A stretch of DNA of 64,000 nucleotides, taken from NCBI GenBank assembly GCA_024704765.1, contig JAKMXF010000332.1:194259-258258 (forward strand). Reading direction: 5' to 3'. Below the pieces are notes generated by a model. The model searched no databases, had not been told where the DNA came from, and saw nothing but the letters and a program-made list of their open reading frames with translations. A program made the translations under genes and the position numbers. Source of the DNA: Oopsacas minuta (Eukaryota; Animalia; Porifera). Every line of letters begins with the position of its first letter. Position 1 is the stretch's first letter. Shown piece after piece: positions 53,443 through 64,000 of this stretch.

Positions 53443-54239
53443 TAATCGATCTATCAGTCTCGCCTCAGCCATCTATAGATTTCATACCGTGTAAATCGCT
53501 TTCTCTATGTCCACCACCTCCACAGAGTACAACCAAATCATTGATTGTGAGTTATCGTCTCGACTCTTTCTCAATAGTGGATTTGCCATCTCTTCAAACT
53601 GCCACAATTTATCGAGATATTGTCCATTGCCTGGAATCTGCGTCTTCTTTTCATGATAATCATGAAGGAATATGTTGGGAGTCAATTGAACAGGATTTGT
53701 TAGATGATAGGCTAATGGTAATTTGGTCTTCAGCTGCATCAGACCATCTCATTACTATGATTTGAGAGATGAGCGATACAGTATCGACCTTTGCGGATGT
53801 AATGATAGTAGTAGTTTAGTCGAATATTATTATTACAACAATCACCAGGTTCAGTTGTGGATTGATGGTTGTAGCTTTTACCGTTATCGGAGTCCAAATT
53901 CTTACGAATGTTTTTGGGAATTTGAAAGCATTGAATTTGTAGTGTAGTTGATTCGTAAATAATTTTCCAAAAAGGTAGTATGAACATCAAGTCATTGAGC
54001 AGACAGCCATGTTGCTAATGTGGATAGTTCTACATAAAATTGATTGTAAATCAACTATTTTGTTTGAGAATAAGTACTTGCTTCTGACCAAAGATCAGAT
54101 GAGTTTATTTATTCATTAGGTAGTCAAATTGCGAGACCAGTTTTCCTGTATCGGTATTGAGGCATTTAAAGCTCTCTATACTAATTGCATTAATGCTAGG
54201 ATATGCGGAATAGAAATTTCCCCGGATTGTCACCAACTC

Positions 54240-56202
54240 CTGGTCTGAAAATACTCTTCATCTTCGTGTTGATGAGGATTTTGAAGATGAAGATCCTATC
54301 AAATGAACAATATTATGTCAAATACAGTTAATGACCAAATAGCCCCGTTATCTGATAAATCTCATGTATTTCTTATGACACCAGAGTCAAACGTCAATGG
54401 AGAATTTCTTCTTGAGATTGGTGAATGGGATAGTATTCATTTTATCGATTTTCAAGGTAGAGATATGTTGAATAGAGATTGGACAGCTGTGTTTAGCAAT
54501 AAAATATCTAAATTATATCCAGCATGTGTTCTTAAATTTAACAATTATTGGTTTAGAAAGTCTTCCAGCCGAAAATAAATGCGCCCTACTTTCGAGCATC
54601 TGCTGAATGCAAGTTTTCTAATTGTTACAAATTTTAGTTTTGTGTTGACGAGCTTGTAACTACGAATACAATCACAATACAATATGTAGTAAGTGGTTCA
54701 CTCTCCTTGCAATAGTCTGATGGAGAGACTGTATATGCACGTCATATATCTGGTAGTTTGCGAAAAATTTATGGAGAAAGTCTTCAGCATACATCTGTCA
54801 CAAATATTTTTCAGAAACAGTTCAACTGTCAAAGTAGCTCAATGGAATATTGTAGAGGTAATTTTACTAACCTGAGGTCTCAAGAATGCTTAAGACAGAT
54901 AAAAACTGAAGCTATATCATCAAATAGATTTTCTAATAATCTAATTACAGATATTTTATCACTCAAGAATATTATCGTAACTTATTGAGTGAAAAGCCAA
55001 TACCTGGTTATATTCAATATTTTGTTAAGCAACCTTTCATTATGCATCTATATATGAAGAGGCAGATAGAGGTGTTGAAATATGTAACTAAAGATATAGT
55101 TTTGCATTTGGATGCTACAGGTTCCATTATATGTAAACCTCAGTTTTGCACCAAATCTATTTATTACTATGCTTTAACTCTACAACATCCCGACAACCAC
55201 ATTACACCTATCCCTGTAGCAGAAATGATAAGTTCGGACCAAGGAACTGGTGAGATAACCCACTTCCTTAACAAATGGTACTTGAATTCAAAGTTAATTC
55301 TACACAAAGAAATATATTCATAACAAGAGTGGAAATAGATTACAGTTGGGCATTGATTCATAGCACATGTATCGCATTTAATAAAATTAATATTTTAGGG
55401 TATTTAGAGAGTTGTTGGAAAATGTAAATTCAGACGAAAGATCGGTTGATGTGGATGTCTTCACTGTATTTCATTTATGTTCTGCTCACGTAATGCATAA
55501 GTTGAGTCAGAACTTGTCAAAAACATTCAAAATCGATAAAACTCTAAAACAACTAATCCTGCATGTCTTTGCTGTAATTTTGAAAAGTATTACGATGAGA
55601 GAAATAAATTGACTTTTCATATTACTGTGTAATGTTTTATCTGTTAAGCATTCAACCGAAATTGTCAGTTCAAGTTTAGTAGAGTTAAACGATTTAGTGA
55701 AGGGTAAAATAGAATTACAGTTAGAAAACGAAGGAAAATTTGAACTTGATACTGATACGAAAGAGAATCCTATCACTTATCATTGTAAATCACCATTTGG
55801 TAGACATTTCGATACTCTGAGAAAAGAAAATTGCACAGATCATAATTCACAAAAGGCAATCGATCAAATCCATGTTATTCTCTAGAAGTTTTAGAATATC
55901 TGCTGACATATTATATGCCAATTGTACCTCTTTTGACTGGAATTATACTGTCTAAGAGCAATGAAAACCTGTGTAAGGCTAGTAATGCAAATGCAGAAAA
56001 TTGGTTCAGAATACTCAAACATCCAATTTTAGAAACGAAGGTAAACCTAAGAGCTGGCGATTTTATACGTACAATGTATGAATATGTGAATGACAGAATT
56101 GATGCATTTAATTTTGGATTTCATCCTTTGGCTATCAACATATTTAAAAGTAGGAAAAGGAAATTAGAAATACAAAATGAAGAAAATTCCAAAGAAAAAT
56201 GA
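54240..56202 (+). pseudogene. MULE-NOF-like DDE transposase core, disrupted
   Basis: LHLDATGS (D1), PVAEMISS, RVEIDYSWAL (D2), HLCSAH (MULE CxxH signature) and NANAENWF (E). Confidence 0.75.
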
Positions 56203-56589
56203 TGTCGCAGAAGTAAATGCCAACAGAGTTACATCAATCCTAATCTAAGTAGGGTAGATAAAGTTTTTGAAGCAATAAATGTGAATAAAACGGGTCGGAA
56301 AGTTAATAATAAGAGAAAGAATTCTGATTTTGTAATTCCACACAAAAAAAGGAATATTGGCAAAGATTCTGTAAGAAACACGAGCCCAGATGTTGTCCTC
56401 ACAGTTAATAACGTTGAAATTATAACATTTGGATCTAATAGAATTGTGCACTTTAAATTGTGATCTTCCAAGTTATAATCCCATCTCCCACACAGGAAAG
56501 TTAGATATTTGTAACACGTTACTTAATGTCAGGGTAAGTCTAAGAATAAATAATATTAATAGTCAAATGAACAGGCCGTTGAATTATTA

Positions 56590-57041
56590 TATACCTAGCA
56601 GAACTCAGTATATTCCTGGAGATGGGAACTGCTTATTTTCTTCCTTAGCATATTACGTGTCAGGTTCGCCAGATAATTCTCATATAATACGTAAATGCAT
56701 TGTAGACAGTACGTCAAGTTCGCTAAAAGAAAAATGTGGAAAATTTATTACTAACAAATACCCAAATACATATAGGAACATAATAGATTATATAAATAAA
56801 ACAAACATCAAAGACAATGGAGTATGGGGTGGAGATTTGGAACTATTTACAGCAGCGCTTCTATTTAAGACTGACATATGGGTGTTTATGAAAGAGACTG
56901 GAAATAGTTGGAATGTATTCTCGGCAAAGGTTCTCAGTTTGATGAGGTATTAAATTCGCCTCCCGCTAATGCTAATGGATCAATATATATTGTACATACA
57001 GGTAATCACTATGAACCTGTTTTAGAATTTTTAGACAAGAT
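56590..57041 (+). pseudogene. OTU cysteine-protease (deubiquitinase-like) domain at the end of the MULE-NOF gene
   Basis: IPGDGNCLFSSLA (Asp/Cys loop), WGGDLE and HTGNHYEPV (His loop). One frameshift near 56925; the natural stop is restored at 59846 when the hAT is removed. Confidence 0.88.
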
Positions 57042-59830
57042 CAGTGGCGTCGTGCTCTATGGGCCTGGGGGGGGCCTGGGCCCCCCCAAATTTCATGAGC
57101 CGCCTCCAGATAATTTATTTCTCCCTATTGACTAATGCTTTTCGCTTTTGGTCTTGATGCATACTACTGATAGCTACATCATGTACATAGGCCAACTCTT
57201 AATCTTTTGTTTTATATCTCAATTTTGAACATTATTTGATTCTTTTTTCCTAACTTTCGTATATAGTTATTATCTTTTGTTCGTCAATGAATTTGGATAA
57301 ATATTTTCACCCTTTGTCACCATGTTCTCCTCCAATTATCCAATCAAGTGATACTTCTACAGATGCAGTACCACTAATAGTTCTATATAATCGGAGACTT
57401 CGTTTGTGAATTACTCGTTGTTGAACGATGCTATGGGACAAGAATTTGTAATTCCAGTAGGCAGATTACTTCGTGCTGAATACATCAAATATGGACCTAT
57501 ACGACCGAAACTACCAAATAACTCGTACCCTCAGACATTATTTCATGGGAAAATGAGGGCTTTTCAGGCAAATTGGTATATTTCAAGACCCTGGTTAGTG
57601 TATAATAAGTATAATGATTCGGCTTTGTGCTTTCCCTTGTCGTGTTTTCGGTTCTGCATTAAATAAATATGATAGAATATTTGTGTAAGATGGATTTAGA
57701 CAGTGGTCACATGCGTTAGAGAAAAATAGAGGATTCGATAAACATTCAAAAAGTGAAAATCATTCCATGTGCATGGAAAAATGGACTAGTTATTTACATG
57801 AAACTCCGGTAGATGTCCTCATCAGCGAAGATATGAAGAAAGCATTATCTCTTGCGAATAAAGAAAGGCAATAAAAAAAAGATATTGTTTATCCCCTGAT
57901 TGATGTAGTTATTACATTAGCTCAATTGAACTTGCCTTTTCGTGGTCATAATGAAGGAGAAGTGTCTGCGAATAAAGCTGTTTTCAAGGGAATTGTCGAA
58001 CTTATTTCTCGTTATCACCCACCTTTAATGATTCATCTACAAAAGTGACAAGCAAATCCAAAAGGTTATCCCAGTTATTTATCACCTACTTCTCAGAATG
58101 AAATGATTCAGTATAGTGCCGAAATCTTGAGGGAAGATATTATTGAAAATATTCAAATAGCTCACTTTTTTTCAATTTGTTAAGATACTACTCCAGATAT
58201 AGTTAAGAAAGATCAGTTATTTATTGTAGTAAGATATGTTAATATAAATGGTGAAATAATTGAATCTCTACTTGACTTGATTGATCAGGCAAATTATACA
58301 GCTGTAGGGTTAGTGGCAACTATTGTTGAAGTTTTGTGTAAGCACGGATTATTGATCGAATCATTACGTGGTCAAGGTTATGATGGATGTGCAACAATGG
58401 CTGGTAGATATAATGGAGTCCAAAATTTATTTTAAGTAAAGAACCCTAAAGCAAATTTTGTACATTGTTATGCGCATCGGTTAAACCTAGTTATTATTGA
58501 TACTTGTAAACGCAATGTGATCACTAGAAATTTCTTTGGAATAATGCAAAAGCTGTACGCATTTATTGAGGGTAGCACAAAGAGACATGGGTTATTTAAA
58601 GATATCCAGATGAAATGCTATGCCAGTCAGGGTGAAGGGAAGAAAATAGGCACACTTAAATCACTAAGCGATACTAGATGGTCTTCCCGTGCAGAGGCAT
58701 GCCAAGTTTTGCTTGAAAATATTAGTGTTCTTCTAAAGGTTCTAGATTCTATTATATACGATGGTAAATATGATTCTGGTATAGCATCAGATGCTTTCTC
58801 TCTATCAAAATGTATAGATTTCCAATTTTGTCTATGTTTAGTTACCTTTACAGATATCTTCAAATTGTGTAGTATCATTTCAAAACATCTTCAAAGTGAA
58901 GATCTTAACATATCATCAGCAAGTCTACATATTGAATCTTTGATTAGTATATTACAAGGGTATACAACTGAAGCATATTTTGATCAATTATATTTATAAG
59001 CTGAAATAATTGCTGAGAATATTCGCGTCACATATAGTGAACCACGTCACATGAAGGTACCTACAAGGTTGGATGATAGTAAACACCATGTACCAATAGT
59101 GTTAACTGGAAAAGATCGTATGAAAGAGAAATTCTTTAATGATGTGATAGAGTTGATTAAAGAAGCGCTTCAGAGTAGATTCTCACATGAAACCATGCCT
59201 CTTCTCAAATCTATTGAATGCTTAAATCCTCCTAAACCTGAAACTATACAGGATTTAAGAGTACTATCAAGTTATTATATTGGCGACTTCGATGCAGATT
59301 TTATAGAATATGAATACAAACTTCTTGCGAAATCAATTGAATTATCCAATATCGGGAAAATTGGAATTCATAAACTTTATCTTGATATGGTCAAAGAAGG
59401 AATAGCCAAATTATATCCCAATTTGAACATTCTATATATGTTGATTCTTACACTACCAGTAACATCCTCCGCATTTGAACGTTCTTTTTCAACATTAAAG
59501 CTTATTAAGACTCGATTACGTAGCACGATGTGTGAAAACAGGTTAAGTAATTTACTGTTATTGTCCGTTGAATCTAACAGAATGAAATCAATCCCTGAAA
59601 CATTTGAGAAGATTCACGAGAGATTTTGGAATACTCCCAGGAAATAGTGTATATCAGTACTGAACATATGAACACTAATTTAGAAATATAATAGTATTTA
59701 CCATAGATTACTTGAAATATAGTTTGAAGCAAAGACAGTTCGAGTACTTTTATTATGATATTTATAACTCTTTTGGGATGTATTATTGACTCTATGCCCC
59801 CCCAGAAATTTTCCAAGCACGACGCCACTG
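57042..59830 (+). mobile_element. hAT transposon (ZMYM1-like/DUF4371), disrupted
   Basis: Perfect 15-bp TIR CAGTGGCGTCGTGCT and 8-bp TSD GACAAGAT. Motifs LPFRGHNE, DTTPDI, QGYDGCATM, VHCYAHRLNL, LSDTRWSSR and LPVTSSAFERSFSTLK. Confidence 0.95.
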
Positions 59831-60309
59831 GACAAGATTATAGTATAGATACAACAAGAGAGGTCAACTGGTAACACACATTTCAAGACTATGCAAGGAT
59901 CATATAATCTTATAATCTGATGTATTCTGTGAATTTTGATCAATGTTTTCGTATTTATTGAACTGAATATCAATTCACCAATAAATAAAACTATATTTAG
60001 ATTCACAAATCATTTCATATTACATCAAACAGTAGATATTGCAGTAATCTAAATGCGTTACTATAGTTAGAATTGATTAGAATGTTTCATTAAATTGGTG
60101 TGCTTAGTACTGTTGCGTAGGATTTTGACCCGCGTAGGATTTTGACCCGCAAGTAGCAATTGCAAATCAAGTAATATCAACATTTCATCCCTAGTCATAT
60201 AGTATTCGTATTTATAAATGTGTGACTTCCTAAATGCACACACTAACATTTTACTTTGTTTCTAGATTTCAACATCAAACACTTATATTTACTTTTGGCA
60301 TTTTTCATT

Positions 60310-63300
60310 ATGGATGCGACAGAGCATGAAGCAATTCGTGGATACCTCCAGACGAATATTATCCCACCAGAAATCAAGAGTGATCGCTACAGAAAGAAGA
60401 ATTTTGTCAGAAAGTGCAAGGGGATTTACTTTCAAGAGAATAAGCTAATGAAGGTATATTCCTGAATGATATTTTTGATTTATACATATTTCCAAGACAT
60501 AATTAGAAATCTTGAGGTAACTACATATCTGCGAGGAGGCAGATATGTAGATGCCTCATTAAATTTGCGTACAATAGGGAGATGAGAAGGGCGAAAACGC
60601 TAGGGGGCTCCTCTGCCCCTCAATGCTACCTATAACCTCTGCGTTTAACTAGAATAATTTTCTTGTAGATTTTCAGAAAGAAGAATGGCTGTGTGAAATA
60701 CTTGGAGATTCCACTAGTCTCAGAAATTGACAACATTATCGGATTCTATCACAATGTCACTCATCCTGGAATCAACACTACCATTGATGGAATCCGAAAC
60801 AAATATGATTGGAATGGTATATACAATGATGTTGGATCCTACGTGAGTTACTAAATTACGTATTTCTTTCATATATGATTTTCCAAGAAAATGTGGCTGA
60901 GAACACAGACTTACCAACCCTCCAGGGATACCTGGATTACAAATTTTGAAATCCAGGGATTTAGCAACGATAATCCAGGGAAATTTGCAAAAGGGGTTGG
61001 TAAGTCTGAGAACAGGATGTATTTTATAGTTTGAGGTTATTCACCTTGTAATTATTCTACTGTATACACCTTTATTTGTGCGATCTGATGATATTTAGTA
61101 TACCGGTATACAATTTTATCATATGGAAATCTATTTGTGCGGTACAACCAACCAATCATGTATCTAACAACTAATGATCCTTGCGGTAGTTAGTAATTGG
61201 GATAGGTAGTGGGAGTATTTCACATAAACATATTTGCCAACCTGAGTGAAGAAAAAGCGGGACGGAATGCTAATTTAGTGGGACATCTGGGACGTAGCAA
61301 ATTACATTAGACTGGACTGCAAACTGACAATTAAATCATTTCCCGTTCTAGATCCGAACTTGCCATGACTGTCAAACCTCTGCTGCTCTACCTCCTCAGC
61401 CACAACGAGAGCTTCAACCTATTCCTCCTCCTGAAGAACCATGGTGTCATTGTGGAATTGATCTCATATGTAATATGTCTCGCACTGTACTTGGATTTCA
61501 GCACATTCTTGTCATCGTGTGCTACCTGAGTAAATTTGTAATTGCCCGACCACTCAAGACTAAAACATCTAAAGAAATATTGGATTGTTTACAGGAAATT
61601 TATCTCTCATTCGGTGTGCCTAACATCCTCCAACATGATCAGGGAACAGAATTCTCAAGCAAGGTAACTCATATTTTTACATACTCGAGATTAGTAATTG
61701 TAAATACACCAAGTAAATTATTCCTGATACACAATGCGACTTACTATATTGGATATACGTACGTAACAAGTTGCATTGTCAATTGTCAACGCATTGCTTC
61801 AATATATACCCTGGTAGGAAATTATGCGTCCTGATGGCCATATTTAAGAAACCGTGTGGAAAATTGGATTTTAATTTATGTTAAATACTAATAAATAAGA
61901 ATTTACGAATTGATGCTACTAACTTCGGGAGGAAAATATACCTTATTAATCGTTTTATCTTTCTTACTATTGTTGTACAAGACTAAATACATGCGCGTAG
62001 TAGATTGTCATTGTTCTCTTATTTACTTTCAAAATAGGAATTTCAGGAATTTCACAAGAAGATAAATATCAACACCAGAAGAACCACAGCATACCACCCA
62101 CAAAGTAACGGACTTGTTGAGTCACACAACAAAATATTGAAAACGTGAGTATTGATGCTAAATATAAATGTATACCTATTCTAAGCCTTACATACGTTTA
62201 ATACACGTCGTTTATAATTAGATAGCTTTGAATCAATTTAACACTTTTTACAAATAGAAAAATCAACAAGATGCAATCTGATGGGGACACTGAATGGACA
62301 GAGAAATTACAGACAGCAGTACTAGCAGCAAATACTCAAACCAAAATCTCTACAAGCTACACACCCTTCTATCTCATGTTTGGGAGAGACTTTGATTCAT
62401 CTAACCTTCTCAATCTTATCACTTCTCCAACTAACCCCGGATTACTAACCGAAGCTGATATCTCAGAGGCAGAAGTATCAGAAGATGAGAATATTCAAAT
62501 GGATGCAAACGAACCACGCCCATTTGACTTTCCTATAATTGATAACGAATGGATAGAAAATCTTTCTTCCACACGTAAAGCTGACAGGATGACTGCTATT
62601 GAAAACATCAAGGCTGGTCAGAAAGTTCAAAAGAAAACATATGACAGCAAAGTTAAACACAACAGGTAAGCAATAACGAAACACATTCTTGTTGTGATGT
62701 AACATGTTGGAATTTCATACATCATCTCTTACTAAATTCAATTAAATTCACTGACTGTTGTATAATCAGGTAAATATGAAATAGTCTTGAATCGGAACTA
62801 ATTTATTGTTTCCTCAATTATATGAATTCTTAAATTCCAAAACACTTACTTTTAGTTATAAAATTAGCATCATTACAAACTGTACGTAATTGGCACATTA
62901 TTTTCTTTGTATAATCATAGTGTAAACTTTAGATCAGAATTTGTGGAAGGAGATGAGGTACTTGTACATAATATAAAGAAAGCCAAGCGACTCCCAGGAA
63001 CAAAAGATGCAAAGAAATATTTGGGACCATATACGATAGAGGAAGTTAAACCAAGCCACCTAATTGCTCGCAAAGACCCAGATAGCAAAACAACAAAACT
63101 ACCTATCCATCTATCACGAAAATATCATTCTCGCATGAACGAAAAACGGCAGGTTCGAACGAAGACAGGCAAATCAAAGAAGCCCAAAAGATCTTGCAAA
63201 TTCCCTTCTAGCGGTAAATATATTAGCGAGACAATATTGTACTGAACTATAACTAATTGACTCAGCCCATGATTAAGTACATATAAACTAGTTGTGTTCT

Positions 63301-64000
63301 GTATTGATTCGATTAATACGTAATAGCAATCCTACATTTCACATATTTATTTGTATTTAGATTCTTTGGATGATATATTGAACCTGGATACCATGGAAGA
63401 AACATTTGAAACACCGCAACAACACTCAATCTATGAAAATATCGATTCTGAGCTACTTCAATTGAAACCTCGAATACTATCAGCTCTTGTCAATAACACA
63501 TACTTAACCCAACTACATGAGAAACTCGCTACAAAAGCTGCATCTCTAACTTCATTGAATTTACTATATTCTTACCATCCACCCAACGAACTAAATTTTG
63601 AGATTAAGGAGAAACTTGCTGTATCAGCCGGTAATTGGTACGCAGAATATCGTTCCTCCTATCCTACTGAAATACCTGAAGAGACACGAAGAGATCTTGA
63701 CTATCCGATTGCTGTTCTATTACCAGTAATAATTGAGTTAATATTCACAACTGAGCAAGTTCATGAGATCATTGAAATACCAGAACAATCTATACAAAAT
63801 GCATCAGATCTTATCCCATATCCTAAATGGGGAGGAGAGTATAACAACATCGTGCAATCTAACACCTGTTCTATCGACAATATATTGGCTATTCTTAGTT
63901 CGAATAAAGCAACCATCATAGACTCACTGAAGTTAATCGGAAGTACACATATTGAAGCTGAATTCCACTACATATTCCAATTGGCTGCTAATTGTGAATT
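60310..64000 (+). CDS. Spliced Ginger integrase/transposase with H2C2 Zn motif, DDE core, GPY/F motif and a C-terminal USP-like Cys-box region (3' partial, >=688 aa)
   Basis: Exons 60310-60453, 60669-60842, 61352-61663, 62038-62144, 62258-62665, 62933-63213 and 63361-64000. All six introns are GT-AG with matching phases 0,0,0,2,2,1 and there are no stops. Motifs HNVTH...CHDC, GIDL, HDQGTEF, NGLVESHN, YTPFYLMFGR, LGPY and SNTCSIDNIL. Confidence 0.9.
60906..61008. mobile_element. 103-bp MITE in intron 2 of the Ginger gene
   Basis: Perfect 15-bp TIR CAGACTTACCAACCC, flanking duplication AGAACA, and internal TCCAGGGA three times. Confidence 0.8.

Larger units (their letters stand above)
49699..60110 (+). 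mobile_element. Long-TIR (foldback) MULE-NOF-like element, copy B, with three nested insertions
   Basis: 60025-60110 is the exact inverted repeat of 50061-50146; the right TIR is interrupted by Ginger at GTAC. The internal transposase resembles NOF-type MULE proteins. Confidence 0.78.
60111..64000 (+). mobile_element. Ginger-type (Gypsy-integrase-related) DNA transposon, 5' part, potentially autonomous
   Basis: Starts TGTTGCGTAGGATTTTGACCCGC (same TIR as 2062-4312), preceded by GTAC. Runs off the window. Confidence 0.9.

Noticed and set aside
53550-54240. USP-like fragment on the minus strand inside MULE-NOF copy B
   Set aside because: Only a vague resemblance across several stops and frameshifts, with no clear Cys or His box.
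1-64000. tRNA or rRNA genes
   Set aside because: GTTCGA-type hits (for example ~3150 and ~41200) lack cloverleaf context, and no rRNA-like conserved blocks were seen.

Overview
AT-rich eukaryotic (animal-like) DNA with GT-AG spliceosomal introns, almost entirely made of nested cut-and-paste DNA transposons. An invertebrate source is my inference. At least 22 transposase or recombinase loci can be read. They comprise four maT (DD37D), two DD37E, one Tc1 (DD34E), one mariner (DD34D), six hAT, two long-TIR MULE-NOF-like elements, one MULE fragment, one Chapaev3, one Transib fragment, two Ginger-type integrase elements and one tyrosine recombinase, plus several MITEs. For most elements both TIRs and the TSD are visible, so insertion order can be reconstructed. 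I found no reverse transcriptase, rRNA, tRNA or CRISPR. Best leads: (1) an apparently intact 7-exon Ginger integrase gene (60310 to window end) with a C-terminal USP-like Cys-box region; (2) a foldback MULE-NOF element ending in an OTU deubiquitinase domain; (3) a tyrosine recombinase divergently paired with an NRF1/Ewg-like DNA-binding gene; (4) an intron-containing Rnl2-family RNA ligase exon next to a palindromic higher-order repeat; (5) an 18:4 plus-strand bias of transposases, suggestive of a uni-strand transposon trap. All family calls come from motifs read by eye; no database search was run.
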